This document shows positions 1 through 13,352 of a stretch of 64,000 nucleotides of DNA, piece after piece. Source of the DNA: Mobula hypostoma (Eukaryota); the NCBI RefSeq assembly GCF_963921235.1, contig NC_086097.1, positions 20,152,001 through 20,216,000 of the forward strand, in the 5' to 3' direction. A program made the position numbers and the translations under genes. Position 1 is the stretch's first letter; every line of letters begins with the position of its first letter. The notes beneath the pieces were generated by a model that worked only from the letters and a program-made list of their open reading frames with translations, was not told where the DNA came from and ran no database searches.

Positions 1-210
1 GCTTTTGTAGCCTTTTGCAGCTTCATACATCTCTACAATTCTTCTAAGGTCCTCTAAAAGTCATATGCACGGTGCACATGAACAGATCTTTCTTGAGAAG
101 AGCAGACTCTGTCAGTAACCTGACTTTGCATATCTTTTTTATAGGGCAGGACACCGACAATCCACACCTTCAATCTCATCTCATTGATTGGAATACCTGA
201 CTCCAAATAG
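1..210 (-). mobile_element. Probable Tc1 5' fragment
   Basis: Reverse strand resembles a Tc1 upstream region and N-terminus (LRRIVEMYEAAKGYK). Confidence 0.5.
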
Positions 211-3200
211 CTTTGCACCTATTTTTCTAAGAAATAGATGTAATATTAGATCACATTTATGCAGAAATAGAAAAAATTCTACAGAGTTCACAAAGTTTCT
301 AGCACCACTGTAGATCGATGTTTGCAAAGGTGGCCGACTGATCCAAGGGGAAATGACAAATTGGATGCAAAGTGGAAAGAAGCAAAAAGTTTTTTTTAAA
401 GTTGTTGAGTTTATTTTCACATGCACAAATACATTCATGTACAGGTACTTGGAAACAGCATGACATGTTGTTACATAAGCAGTATACACAGGGAAAGCAT
501 AAACATAATTGGAACAAAATTATACAAGAAAGAACAATTCGTATGAAACAAAGTACATTGTAGTGCAAAGTGAGGTAGTGATTAGGTTATGCAGCTTGGT
601 TTCAAGAACTGAGTGGTTGAAAGGAAGTTGTTGTTCCTGAACTTGGTGATATGGGACTTAAGCTTTCTATACCTCCTTCTCAATAGTAAAGGCATGACCT
701 GGACGGTGGGGATATTTGATGAAAGATGTTTCCTTCTTGAAGCAGCGTTTGATGTAGATACTACTGATGGTTGAGAAGGTTGTGTGTTTGATGTATTGGG
801 CTGAGTCCACGACTGTCTTCTGCAGCTTGTGTTCCAGCACACTTGAATTGCTGTACCAGATCATGATGCAACCAGTCAGGTTACTTAAAACAGTTGTTGA
901 GTGTCACTGAGTCGTCGTCAACTCATGTAATGAGGTTATCATAAGGTTTTCGTGGCAAGGTATAGAAGAAGATTGCCAGGCCTTTCTTCCATGCAAGTAC
1001 TGCTACTGCCTAGGTTGTATAAACTCAGGATCATCCGCCGTGAAGTCCAGTGATGATGTAACTACACCACCGGCCAGCCCAAACTGCACAACAATACAGT
1101 TTGTTAACGTGTTCAGTGACATGCTGAACATCTTTGATCTTACAAGAAAACGACACTGCAACACCTTCTTTACAATTGCATCCATGTGCTGGGCCCAGCA
1201 CAGGTCATTCAATATGTTAATATCCAGGAATGAACCCTCTCATAGGGTCAACGGCCATCTAGCAAACACGTGCCGTGAAGCGTGGAAAGGGCATCCCTTG
1301 CATCGAAGCTTGGTCTGGCCATTCACTGCAACAGAACCTCCCCCAGCCGTCTTGGACCCCACCATGCCGCTGGATCCGGGAGATGATGTCGAAAGGATGG
1401 GTCTGGACCTGTGCAACCCCCTATTCATCTAAAATCCACTCACGCACACGCTGTTTCTTTCTGAGGAGCGGGGTACCACCCCACTAACTGACTGATGGGA
1501 TGGATAGCCAGAGAGAGAGAGATCCAGGAATTTAATGTTGCTGACTCTTTCAACTGCTGATACACTGACATAGACTGATGTACATCCGCCTTTCTTCCCC
1601 CTTCTTGAAGTTAACAATTAATTATTTAGTTTCACGGATACTGTATCATTTCTATATAAGGAGTAGAACGGGGGCTAAGCATGCAGCTTTTGAGATGCTC
1701 CTGTGTTGAGGTCAGCGAGGAGAAGACGTTGTTACTTATCCTCACTGATTGAGATCTGCTGGTGAGGAAGTCAAGGATCCAGTTTCAGAGGTCAAGGTCT
1801 TGAAACTTGATGAAGTTGATAGTTGATGAATAGAAAGCTTAAGTCCCATATCACCAGGTTCAAGAACAACAACTTACTTTCAACCACTCAGTTCTTGAAA
1901 CCATGCTGAACAGCCTAATCACTACCTCAGCAGCCTTTCTTGAGATTTTTATAAATAGCAATCACTCCTCCTCTCATTCTCTGTTCCTTTCCTGAGATTT
2001 TTTGACGCACATCAGGTTACTGTTATCCAAATTGTCCAGAGCAGAGTGAGAAGCTAGAGAAATCATGTCTGCTTTTGTGATTGGAAGATTGGTTTTTAGT
2101 GAAGTTCTACTGGGCTTGCTACTTCCCAGCTTTTTGTAATGTATGGTTATCACTTAGACCCAAATGTAAAAAACATTTTTTTTGTTATGTATTCATTTAA
2201 GGGATGTAGGCAGACTGAGCCAGCATTTAATTGCCCATCCCAAGATGCCTTGGGAAGGTGCTAGTGAGCTGCCTTCTTGAACTGGTGTAGTTCATGGGTT
2301 GAAGGGTTCTGTCTAAGAAGCCCTGGTGAGTTTCTGCAGTGCATCCTGTGGAAGATACAAACTGCTGCTACTGTGGTTTTGTGGTGTAGTTTCTAGTTAT
2401 AGTGTTTCTAGGCAGAAGATGGGGCAAAGACATGCAGGTTTGATCCTACCTCAAAGAAAACGTGTGCTCTACATCTTACCCAGTCCTAAGTTAGAAGTCT
2501 TCCCTGATGGTCACCTAAACCAAATCTTGGGCCTCTCGTAAATGTTGAGAATAACATAACGGATGACCCCCTGACTGCATTGAGCTGAGATCTGTTTGGG
2601 TTTCCTGCTGTAGATTGGTTTAATTAGTGGCTGCTGTCACAAGTAGTTTTCTCTGCCTAAAGCACCATCAAGTGGTATCAGGAGAAATGAGTACTCCTCC
2701 AGGACTGCGTTACATACCTGAAGGAGCTGGTGCAAATTGCAATTACTCCCCTCCTCATTCTCCATTCCTTTCCTAAGATTTTCCTCAAAGCTGCTGTAGA
2801 AGGGACAGGGAGCCCAGATTTGATTCAAAGTGTGATCAGTGCTGCCAACTCAGCAGCTACTCACATGTGACTTGATATGGTTTTAGATTATGCTTCAGGC
2901 TGTTCCATTCGGATGAAAAAGGCCATTTCTTATGCCCATTATGTAACACAGGTTTAGCAAACCTACTTCTGCCTCTGTTTTTGATATCTTGCATCAATGC
3001 ACCTTTAATTTTCTCAATCCATTGAAGTTCAAGATCTGTTTTGTGGTCGTTACCTAAACTACTGACAAATCCTCTTTCTGCCATTCCACCCAGGGGTATA
3101 TTGTTCACACAAATAAACATGCCACTTCACACCTGGGATCCAACATAGGAGCTTTATGCCAGCAAGCTCTTTTTCCATACAACAGAGTGTATATATATTC

Positions 3201-3617
3201 CACACTTCTTGATGGGGTACTGATTTACTTGCAGTAACACACAAAAAGCTGGAGGAACTCAGCAGGTCAAGCAGCATCTATGGAGGGAAATGAACAAGTT
3301 GACATGTTGAGACTCTTCGTCAGGACTGGAAAGATAAAAAGAAACTTAGACGTTATAAAAGGGTGGGGGAAAGAGTGGGGCAGAAGCTGGCAGGTGATAG
3401 ATGGAGTAAAACACACGAAATGTCGGGGGATGACATTTTGGGACCAGACTCTTCATGAGCAATTTGAAAGAAAATATTTCTCTCTGTTTTGTATAGAAAT
3501 AACATATTGTACATTTCAAACAATTCTGCAAACATTTAGCAACAATTTTGTGAATTACTATAACCATTAAGATTTTGCAAAATATTCTGATTTTTAAAAA
3601 ATATTCTTGACTATTAG

Positions 3618-3679
3618 TTACTTGGGCTTTGGATTGAAAGTAGCAAGACTGGCTGTACTGGGAGCACTGGAAACAAGGG
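3618..3679 (+). CDS. ENTPD5: ENTPD5 internal coding exon (S)YLGFGLKVARLAVLGALETR
   Basis: AG acceptor 3616-17 and GTAAGT donor at 3680. Translation matches vertebrate ENTPD5 SYLGFGLKAARLATLGALETE. Upstream exons not found in the window. Confidence 0.93.
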
Positions 3680-3984
3680 GTAAGTGCATTCAAAAATAGA
3701 TTATTAAAGATTTTTTAGATTGTATAATTTAACAGAAGATGTCAGGTGCTAGAATTTTGCCCATTTCAGTTTTTCCCCTGGGCCAATCAATTGGAAATAC
3801 AGGTAAACTTGTCCTTGAACAAGTTTCTGAAGAGGAAGAAGAGATGTTAATTAATGAAGTAATTTTACGTGCAGGTCCCAGTGCTCTACAATCTATCCCA
3901 ATTACACTACGGGGAAGAATCTTGCTTTGGGGACAATACAGTAACTTCCGGATAGACTGTTGTTTAAATATGTCATACCAGAGA

Positions 3985-4241
3985 TGTGGAGAAATTTCTA
4001 AAGGGCAGGGGGTGGTGAATTTGTGGAATATGTTACCACAGGCAGCTGTGGAGGCCGTGTCATTGGGTGTATTTAAGGCAGAGCTTGATAGGTTCTTGAT
4101 TGGACATGGCATCGGAGGTTACGGGGAGAAGGCCTGGGAATGGGACTGAGGAGGGGAAAAAAGGATCAGCCATAATTGAGTGGTGGAGCAGACTCGATGG
4201 ACCAAATGGCCTAATTCTGCTCCTATGGCTTGTGGTCTTAT
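3985..4241 (+). mobile_element. CR1 3' fragment
   Basis: VVNLWN.LPQ..VEA.SL..FK.ELDRFL, followed by a 3' UTR. Confidence 0.85.
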
Positions 4242-4651
4242 AATGAAGGCAAATTCATTCAGGCATTGTCATGCTTTCTAACGATCACTGTTAGAAAGTG
4301 TTTCCCCACCCCTACTGCCCAAAAGGAGGGAAGCTGAAATGCAAAACGTTACAGGTATTCGAAATCTACTATAAAAGGAGAATCTGGGATATTTGGGTTA
4401 GGCAGCATCAGTGAAGGGAGATACAGATATTTTTCTATTCCCAGAAATTTTTCTTCTAATGAGAGAAGCTTGGGGCTAACTATAGAACCCACCATCTCCA
4501 TGGCTGAGATTCTCTGTGTGGACAGGGAAGTAAACTCGGCATTTCCCTGGTTTGTCTGGCCAGTGCTGAGCCATGATGACTTGAGTTACAGTATTGGTGC
4601 TGAAATAATTCAGAAATTGAGGTTCTTGGTCGTGTGCATGGATGTTAAGAG

Positions 4652-5390
4652 TCATAGAACACAACAGCACAAAAACAGGCCCTTCAGCCCATCAAGTCTG
4701 TCCTGAATGGCCTACTTCTGCTCCTATATCTTATAGTCTTATGGTCTCATAGATCTGCACCTGGATCCTTCTATACCTCTCCATAGCTCTCCATATCCCT
4801 CCCGTCCATATACCTATCCAAATTTTTCTTAAATGTTGAAATAGATGAGCTAGCAGCTCTTTCCACACTCTCACTACCCTCTGAGTGAAGAAGTTCCTCT
4901 TGGTCCCTTAACATTTCACCTTTTACCCTTAATCCATGACCAACCAGCCTCAGTTGGAAAAAGCCTGCTTTCATTTACCCTATCTATACCTCTCATAATT
5001 TTGTATACCCTCATCAAACTTACACTCAATTTTCTATGCTCTAGGGAATAAAGTCCTTAACTTATTCCACCTTGCCCTGTAACTTGGGTCCTCAATAGTG
5101 CCAACATCCTTATAAATTTTCTCTGCACTCTTTCTGTCTTATTTACATCTTTCCTGTAGTAAGTGACCAAATACTCCAAATTAGGGCTCACTAACATCTT
5201 TTACAATTTCATCATAACATCCCAACTCCTGTAATCAGTGCATTGATTTATGAAGGCCAATGTGCAGAAAGCTTTCTTTATGACCTTACCTACCCGTGAG
5301 AACACTTTCAAGGAATTTTAGATCTCTATTCCCAAATCCCTCTATTCTTCCCCACTCCTCAGTGCCCTACTGATCACCATGTAAGACATA
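4652..5390 (-). mobile_element. Old CR1 3' fragment(s)
   Basis: Reverse-oriented ORF2 C-terminal and 3' UTR similarity to the other CR1 copies. Boundaries approximate. Confidence 0.7.
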
Positions 5391-5393
5391 CAA

Positions 5394-5459
5394 TACAGTG
5401 CAAAAGTCTTAGGTACATATGTTTAGCTAGGGTGCCTAAGACTTTTGTACAGTACTGTA
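5394..5459. repeat. Short palindromic MITE-like hairpin
   Basis: CAAAAGTCTTAGG...CCTAAGACTTTTG inverted arms with TACAGT/ACTGTA ends. A second half-copy lies at about 6400-6432. Confidence 0.6.
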
Positions 5460-5714
5460 TTTGTCAATATGGAGTGAAGAGTGGGTTTATAAATCTGGTG
5501 GGAGTGGTGGCAAAGGTGGGGATGGTGTGGGTACAGACACACCTAACCCTGCGACACCAGACTGATCATTTGATTCCAAACAATTGGGTTATTGATCATT
5601 ACAGAGTGTCTCTCTAGTGCTTCCTGCTCCCTCCCCTCTTCCTTCCTCTTTTCCAACCATGATTCCCATCTCTGTGCGACCTTGCCACTCTCGGTCCACA
5701 ACGGAGACCCATAT

Positions 5715-6330
5715 CAGAATCATAGGATCGTCAGATATAGGAGCAGAATCAGTGCATTTGGCCCATCGAGTCTGCTCCACTATGGTTGATACATTTTTTT
5801 CCCTCTCCGTGCCAATCTCCTGCCTTCTCCCTGTATCCCTTCATGCCCCAACCAATCAAGAATCTGTTAACCTCTGCCTTAAATATATTAAGACTTGGCC
5901 TCTACAGCTGCCTGTGGCAAAAAAAAAACTCCACAGATTCACCACTCTGTGGCTAAAAACAAAAATGCCTGCTCATCTCTATTCTAAAAGTTCGTCCCTC
6001 TATTCTGAGGCTGTGGCCTCTGGTTCTAGACTCACCCACTGTGGGAAGATTCCTCTCCACATCCACTCTATCAAGGCCTTTCAACGTTCGATAAGTTGCA
6101 GTTAGGTTACCCCTCATTCTCCTGAATTCTAGTGAAAACGGGCCCAGAGCCATTAAACGCTCTTCGTATGACAAGCTATTTAATTCTAAAATTATTTTAG
6201 TGAACCTCCTTTGAACCCTCTCCAGTTCAACACATCCTTTCTAAGATAAGGGGCCCAAAACTGCTCACAATACTGCAAGTGAGGCCTCACCAGTGCTTCA
6301 TAAAGTCTCAGCATTACATTCTTCCTTTTT
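5715..6330 (-). mobile_element. CR1 3' fragment
   Basis: SYEERL..LG..SLEFRRMRG...SRTRGHSLRI. Confidence 0.85.
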
Positions 6331-6810
6331 ATCAGGTCTATCATCACTCACATGTGTCATTTTTTTTTTGTGCAGCAGTACATAAAATAATTATGCATGT
6401 ACATATAGCTAGGGTCCCTTAGACTTTTGCACATCCCAAAGTGCTACAACTCACACTTGCCTGCATTAAATTCCATCTGCCACTGGAAGTCTTTTTTTTC
6501 CCCAGCAGGTCCAGATCAAACTTTGACGGTCTTCCTCGCTGCTCTATTGTATTTTTTTTGTTCTACTGTGCATGTGTGCAAGAAAATGAATCTTAATGTA
6601 TGATGACATGTACATATTTTGATAATAAATTTATTTTGAATTTTGAACCAACTCTGTTCACAATTGTTCCATCCCATCATGAACATAATGGTAGGTATTC
6701 AGTGATAAAACAATTCTCTTTAATGAATGATTTTATGTCTGGAATATCTTCACTATGTATCTTTGTTTTTTTTTAACTTGTATATTTCTAAAATCCATTC
6801 TTCCATTCAG

Positions 6811-6912
6811 CAGATGAGAGCAGAAGGTACAGAAGTTCATGTCTACCACCGTTCGTGAAGGCAGAGTGGAAATTTAGTGGTGTCAACTATAAGTTTGGTG
6901 GAATGAAGGAAG
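6811..6912 (+). CDS. ENTPD5: ENTPD5 exon ADESRRYRSSCLPPFVKAEWKFSGVNYKFGGMKE
   Basis: CAG acceptor, GT donor at 6913, 102 bp, phase-compatible with neighbours. Matches the RSACLP..AEW.F.GV.Y..GG motif. Confidence 0.93.
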
Positions 6913-7744
6913 GTACGGACCACTTAAGCAGTCAGCCTTTGGTCTACACGCACTCCATATCATCTTCAGATGAGCGTCCATGAAGTATTGACCCTATCTC
7001 AAAGGTTGTGTTGCCAAATAAACGTGCTGTGGTGAATTTGGGACTTTCGCAGAAAGGGGCGCTGTTTATGGAATACATCAGTAAACTCTTTGTGTTTACC
7101 TATGTCTCCAATGCTACTTTTGCAAGGCATTGGTTGGTTAATGCATCACATTAGATCAAACTCTCTTGTCTGCCTTGATTCAAAAAATATAACCTACATT
7201 TTAAAGAGCTCTTTTTATAACCTAATATCAGTGGGGCAAACTGCAGAGTAGAATTAGTTTAGTAACATGCAAAAAACTACTAAGGTTCCTGCTATCATCA
7301 TCTTAGCTGTTTCGGAACTGAATCGTTCAACAATGCTCCACTTCAAGAATACATTGGGCCGACCTCTATGGTAGATATTCAAAAATAAAGATATTGTGGA
7401 ACTCCGTTACATAAATGAAGTTAGTGCAACATTTCTTCAGTTCTGTCATCAGTGGAGAAAAAGCAGACTTGAACAAGTCCCAAAGCACTTTATATTGCTG
7501 TTTTTTTTCAAAAGAGCAGCCAATATGTGCACAGGAACCCCCCCCCCCCCCAATTAGTGATCATGGGACTTTTTTTTGACCAATAATTATCCTTCCAGTC
7601 AAAGTATCCCAGCTCTTTGAAATAATGCAGTGGAATATTTTACATACATCATATATCAGGTGTTTATCTCATCTACAGTTGTGATTATGCTGCACTCTGT
7701 AACTACTACCTTGGTGTTTTAGGCATAGATTTTTACTGACAATA

Positions 7745-7975
7745 CGGTAATGTAGAGTTAGTGTAATGTTTAATGGTGCTAGTGACCCGGGTTCAATTCC
7801 CACGTATATCTGTAAGGAGTTTGAATGTTCCCCACATCACAATATGGATTTCCTCCATGTACTCTAGTTTCCTCCCTCATTCCAAAGTTGAACAGATTAG
7901 TAGGTTAATTGATCACACAGGTGTAATTGGGTGGCAAGGCCTCATTGGGCCTGTTACTGTGCTGAATCTCTAAGT
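7745..7975 (+). mobile_element. V-SINE/HE1-like SINE
   Basis: B box GGTTCAATTCC plus a V-domain-like TGTAAGGAGTTTG...GTTTCCTCCC..TCCAAAG. Related copies near 8340 (-), 17950, 18440 and 21700. Confidence 0.65.
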
Positions 7976-8526
7976 AAAAGGCAAATAGAATTGTTATGTC
8001 CAAATCTATGGAAACACTATTCTGTGCTCCAGGCCAGAAAAGGAAATTTCCAGCCAAGGATCCAATTTCTGTATACTGTCCTGTCAATATGCTGTGTGTG
8101 GTTGTTCCTTTGTTCTATACTTGTTCCACAGCAACCTCCAAAGAGAGAAGGAAAGCAGTTCTGTAGTTCTGTGGTAAAATGTAACCACCCTCTCAATCAG
8201 ATTAGTTTTATCTGTCATGTGTATACACACTGAAATACAGAGTGAAATGCATTATTTGTGTCAACGACCACCACAGGGCGAGGATATGCTGGACGCAAGT
8301 GTTGCCATGTTTCAGGCACCAATACAGCATGCCCGCAAACTTACTAACCCATACGTTTTTGGAATGTGGAAGGAAACCTACGTGGTCACAGGGAGAACAT
8401 ACAGACTCCTTATAAACAGTGGTGAAAATTGAAGCTCATCACTGGTACTGTAAAGTGTTACTCTGGATGCCACTCTACCGTGCACCCAGACAGCATGTGT
8501 AAATAGAATTATGTTTGTCCTCTCAG

Positions 8527-8667
8527 TTCCCTCTAGCTTCCAGTCCTGCTACACCGAAGTCATTAAGGTAATACAGCAGAAACTCGATCAGCAAGATGAG
8601 ATCAAGAAGAGGAGTTTCTATGCCTTCTCTTATTACTACGATCGAGCAGTGGATGCAGGAATAATTG
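8527..8667 (+). CDS. ENTPD5: ENTPD5 exon VPSSFQSCYTEVIKVIQQKLDQQDEIKKRSFYAFSYYYDRAVDAGII
   Basis: Contains the hallmark SFYAFSYYYDRAVD. AG/GTAAGT boundaries, 141 bp. Confidence 0.96.
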
Positions 8668-9339
8668 GTAAGTAAAGAAATGTTACGTTTCCTTGGTCTG
8701 TCTGTATACTTTAGAAACCAGTTTTGAAAAGCTTTCTTGGAAGTGTAAGAGACCGCAGGTGCTGGAAACTGGAGCAACATACAAAGTGTGAGGGGAACCC
8801 GGCCGGTCAGGCAGCAGCTATGGAGCGAAATGGTCAGTCGGCCATCTTGACTGGAAAGAAGGGTGGGTGGGGGAGGGGGAGGGAGAGCCAGTATAAAAAG
8901 AAAGGGTGAAGGGCTGGAGCAAGAGCTGGCAAGTGATAGGTGGATCCAGGTGAGGGAAGTGATAGGCAGACAATGGTGGGATAAAGTCAGAATCTGGGAG
9001 GTGATAGGTGGAAGTGACAAAGGGCTGAAGATGATGGAACCTGATGCGAGAGGACAGTGTGGCATGGAATAAAGGAAGGAAGGTGGGGAAAGGGAACTGT
9101 TGGGAGGAGAGTGAGAGTCATGGGCAGGTGGGGGGTGGAACAATGGAAAGATGTAAGGTTATGGGTACCAGTTGGATCATGGAGAGAAATAGAGGTAATT
9201 GGATAGAGGGGGTGCGGTTACCAGATGTTTGAGATTTGATGTTCCTGCTGCCATGTTGGAGACTGCCCAAGTGGAATAGGAGGTGTTATTCTTCTAATTT
9301 TCTTTCGGCCATGACCAAAAATATTTTTGTTTTGTATAG

Positions 9340-9396
9340 ATCATGAAAAGGGTGGTGTTATACTTGTGAAGGATTTTGAATTAAAAGCAGAAGAAG
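9340..9396 (+). CDS. ENTPD5: ENTPD5 exon DHEKGGVILVKDFELKAEE
   Basis: TAG acceptor, GTAACT donor, 57 bp. Matches DYEKGGILKVEDFERKARE. Confidence 0.94.
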
Positions 9397-10749
9397 GTAA
9401 CTGTTTTAATTATTTGAACTGGGAATACAGTGGATTCCAGTTAATTGGGCCATTGGTTAATAAGGACAGCTGCTCATTTGGAAAATTCTTAAAGAACAAA
9501 AACAAATAGAGAAAAATGCCAGGATTCCCTTCATTTGTTTGGGACCCTGTACTGCTTAACTGGGGCAGGAGACTTGCTGAACAGGTTTTAACTAACGACA
9601 GTCATGTGCACTTGTGTGGCATTTGGCACTACACTGTGCTTCAAGTGAACTGTTTTTAAATAGCGTTGGTGGCATATGTTTGTGTTCAAAAAGCACTGAT
9701 CAATATCACTAATAGTGAGAAATCAGCAGTAAGACAATTCAGAGCATCACACATAAAATGCTGGAGGAACTCAGCCGGTCAGGCAGCTTCTATGGAAATG
9801 AATAAACAGTCGCTATTTCAGGCCGAGACTCTTCTTCAGGACTCAGAACTGTTTTGCTCACTGTGGTTTCAAGCGTTGAGGCTTGGAGATGCAAGAAACG
9901 GTCAGGAGTGAAAATGAAACAATTTTCCTTCTTCAACAAGTTAGGAACTATGAAGAATTTGAAGTTATCGACAATCATCTTGAATATTACCGCACAGGAT
10001 ACAGCTCTCACCTGTGGCTCCAGGTAGCTGTTTGCATGCAGCAGTAGCCACACCCTAGTACACCACTTCGATAGGCAGGCTAAACCAGGTGAGGGTGGCC
10101 GGTGGGCCTCAGACCCCAGTGAGATAGGGACATGCCTATCCTAGCAGGCAAAGTCAGCTCTGGAACTCACAGTGGATGAGATCTACAGGTGAGATGCAGC
10201 GGCCAGGAAGGCGGTCTGCAATGCTAGGTGGAGAGTGAAGGGCACAGAGGAGTTGTGGTCATCCACTGCAACCAAGGAACACTCCAGTTGTGACATCTAC
10301 TCGCACCATTGGACCAATACTTCCAAGGTCGAGAGAGTGGAACTTCCCCAGTGCAATGGCTTTTCTGCTTTAAAAACCCTCTCGTACAGGTTTCTTGTCA
10401 TTGTCAGATATAACAAAACAACCACCAGTAGCATTGGTAGTGTTCTGTATTTAATCTAAATACATAATTTGTTTGACTTTTTTAATACCTTTTTTAACTA
10501 TTTCCATTAAACTTCAGCTAAATGGGGCAGCTGCTTAACTACACCAAAATGTACTGTCCCAATAAGAGCACAATACCATATAAGGTAGGAAGGTAACAAG
10601 GAATTACTGGGAAGTATAGTGTAACATAAGAAGGTTTGAGTGCACATCTACAGACCCACAAAGATAGATATCATTATGGGGTAATTTTAAAACAAAGTAA
10701 GCAGAACATTTATTGTCTCAGATTTCATAGAGTCAACTGAGAATTAGAA

Positions 10750-11147
10750 AAAAACATAGAGAAACTTACAGCACAATACAGGTCCTTCGGCCCACGAAGT
10801 TGTGCCGAACATGTCCCTACCTTAGAAATTACTAGGGTTACCCATAGCCCTCTATTTTTCTAAGCTCCATGTACCTATCCAAATGTCTCTTAAAAGACCC
10901 TATTGTATCCGCCTCTACTACCGTTGTTGGCAGCCCATTCCACGCACTCACCACTCTCTGAGTAAAAAGACTTACCCCTGACATCTCCTCTGTACCTACT
11001 CCCCAGCACCTTAAACCTGTGTCCCCTTGTGGCAGCCATTTCAGCCCTAGGAAAAAGCCTCTGACTATCCACACGATCAATGCCTCTCATCATCTTATAC
11101 ACCTCATCTTCCATCACTCCAAGGAGAGAAGGCTGAGTTCACTCAAT
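10750..11147 (-). mobile_element. CR1 3' fragment (same family as 22300-26205)
   Basis: Closely similar to 22300-22680. FTQRVVSAWNGLP. Confidence 0.85.
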
Positions 11148-13352
11148 TCTGGTGGCCTTTCAGGAAAGAGAGAAGATTACAACATCTGAGAAAGTTTGAA
11201 TGGGTACATGGAGGGGAGAGGCATAGAGGGCTATGGTCCAGATGTGGGAAGATGGGACTAGGCAGAATAACAGTTTGCCAGATCTAGGTTGGCCTGAGGG
11301 ACAGTTTCTGCATGTGATGTTCTATGACTCTGAGACACAGCAGCAATTCCAACTGAACGTAAAGCTGCAAAGGAGTGAATTATTTGTTTAAAGTTGACCC
11401 CAGTTTTTTCAACATTATAAAAATATTTTGCTTCACATAACATTGTAGCCTTGAACTATGAGGTTCTGTTTTGAACCTGAAACTATTTTGAGAATGACTC
11501 TACAAAAAAAGCAGCAAAGTTTAAATTCGCAAGCTGTAAAACGTGGAGCATTGTATTTGATGCTTTGGAAATGAAAGCTAAGCTTAGGTTTTCACTCATA
11601 CAGTCTATGTACTATACGCCACGATAAATTGAAACATTTAAGAAACGGGCTTTTGGGAGCTATATAGGTTACAGCAGGTAGAAGAATCAGTAAACAACTT
11701 TTTCTCTCTTAGTAAAAAGTTCAAAGTAAATTTATTAATGTACATGTATGTCACCATATACTACCTGGAGATTCATTTTCTTGCAGGCACAGTAAGTACA
11801 AAGAAACACAATAGAATTAACAAAAAACTACACACACACATGGACAAACAACCAATGTGCAAAAGATGGCAAATGGTGCCAGTACAAAAGGAAAAACAAA
11901 ATAACAATAGATAAGTAATAAATAATATTGAGAACATGAGTTGAAGGGTTCTTGAAGGTGAGTCCATAGATTGTGGAATCAGCTCCGTGTTGGGGTGAGT
12001 GATGTTTTCCACACTGGTTCAAGAGCTTGATGTTGAAGGGTAATAACTGTTCCTGAACCTGGTAGTATTGGATCCTCTAGCTCCCCCCTGATGACAGGTG
12101 CAAAAAGCAACCAGGGCTTGGATGCTGGATGCTGCTTTCTTGTGACAATGTTGTATATTTTTTGAGCTCATAGGACTAGATGTTTAATCCCTTTGATGGG
12201 TAGATCCTAACTCGGGTCATAGCATAGAGATCTTGAGGTGGGTGGCAGATGCTTCCTAGGGGTCACCAGGTGGGCACCCGCTTCTTAGATGTTTCGTCAT
12301 TTTAAGCCCACTACATCTCCAGAGGGCCCAACAGTGTCCCAGGTGCATCCTCCCCTCCACATCTGGTCACCCATGGGTCATTTTGAGACCCAGCTGCCAT
12401 CACTCCTCTTCATCCATAACCTTTGGCTGGTTCTAGAGCCTGAAGCTTGAGGAGTAGTAACTATTCCTGAACCTAGTAGTATTGGGTCCTTTACCTCCTT
12501 CCTGAAGACAGGTGCAGAAGAGACCAGGGCCTGGATGGTAGATGCTACTTTCCTGTGACAATGCTGTACTTATTATAAAACTGTAATAAGGGTTCAACTC
12601 AAGTTTATTGTCATTTAACTAGATATATGTATACTGTCAAATGAGACGTTTCTTTGGACCAGAGTGTAAAGCACGGTAACACACAATAACTTGGGAAATT
12701 AGGAATTAAATCTACAAATGAATGAATTGTGTATAGATAAAGTGCATAAATTCAATATTGTAAGGTACAGTTCAAATTATCTGGCGACTCTTCAAATGCG
12801 ATGCAGCAGGGAGTTCAGAAGCCCAGTGGCCTGAGGGGAGAAACTGTTTCCCATCCTGACTGTCATTGTGCATGGGAGTCTCCTGCCTGATAGTAGAAAG
12901 TCAAAGGGGATGATGGATGGGTGGTATCCTTGATAATACCAAGGGTCCTGCATATGTAGTGCTCCTGATAAATGTCCCTGATGGATGGTAGGGAGACCCC
13001 TATGACTCTGAATCTCTATGATCTTCATATTGGAAGAAGGTACGATAGTAATGTTTAAGAGATACGTCGACAAGCACATGCATAGAGATTTTTGAAATTT
13101 TCGTTATTTTTTTTTCTCCAACGGCTTTCTGAGAGGCGGGACTGCGCAGGCGTGTGACGTCGGGCAGTGCAGCGCGGCAGATTTAAAAGGAACAGAGCCT
13201 CATAGAGCGGGCAGCGTAGTTTGCGGGCTGCGGAGTGAGCCGGGAGCAGAGTGAAGACTTAAGGGCTTTGGCTCAACGGGCTTAGGCGGAAGCGGGCGAG
13301 GCGAGGAAGGTTTGACATTCATTTTCTGTTGCTATTTGAGGAGAGGGGCATT

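Noticed and set aside
3739..4149. 136-aa ORF as a novel gene
   Set aside because: Intronic sequence running by chance into a CR1 3' fragment; no supporting homology.
8523..9143. 206-aa minus-strand Pro/Ser-rich ORF
   Set aside because: Low-complexity translation of a pyrimidine-rich Penelope-derived repeat, extending antisense over an ENTPD5 exon.
10030..10435. Possible HDV-like ribozyme in an RTE-like 5' fragment
   Set aside because: Could not build the nested double pseudoknot by eye; it needs an RNAMotif or Infernal search.
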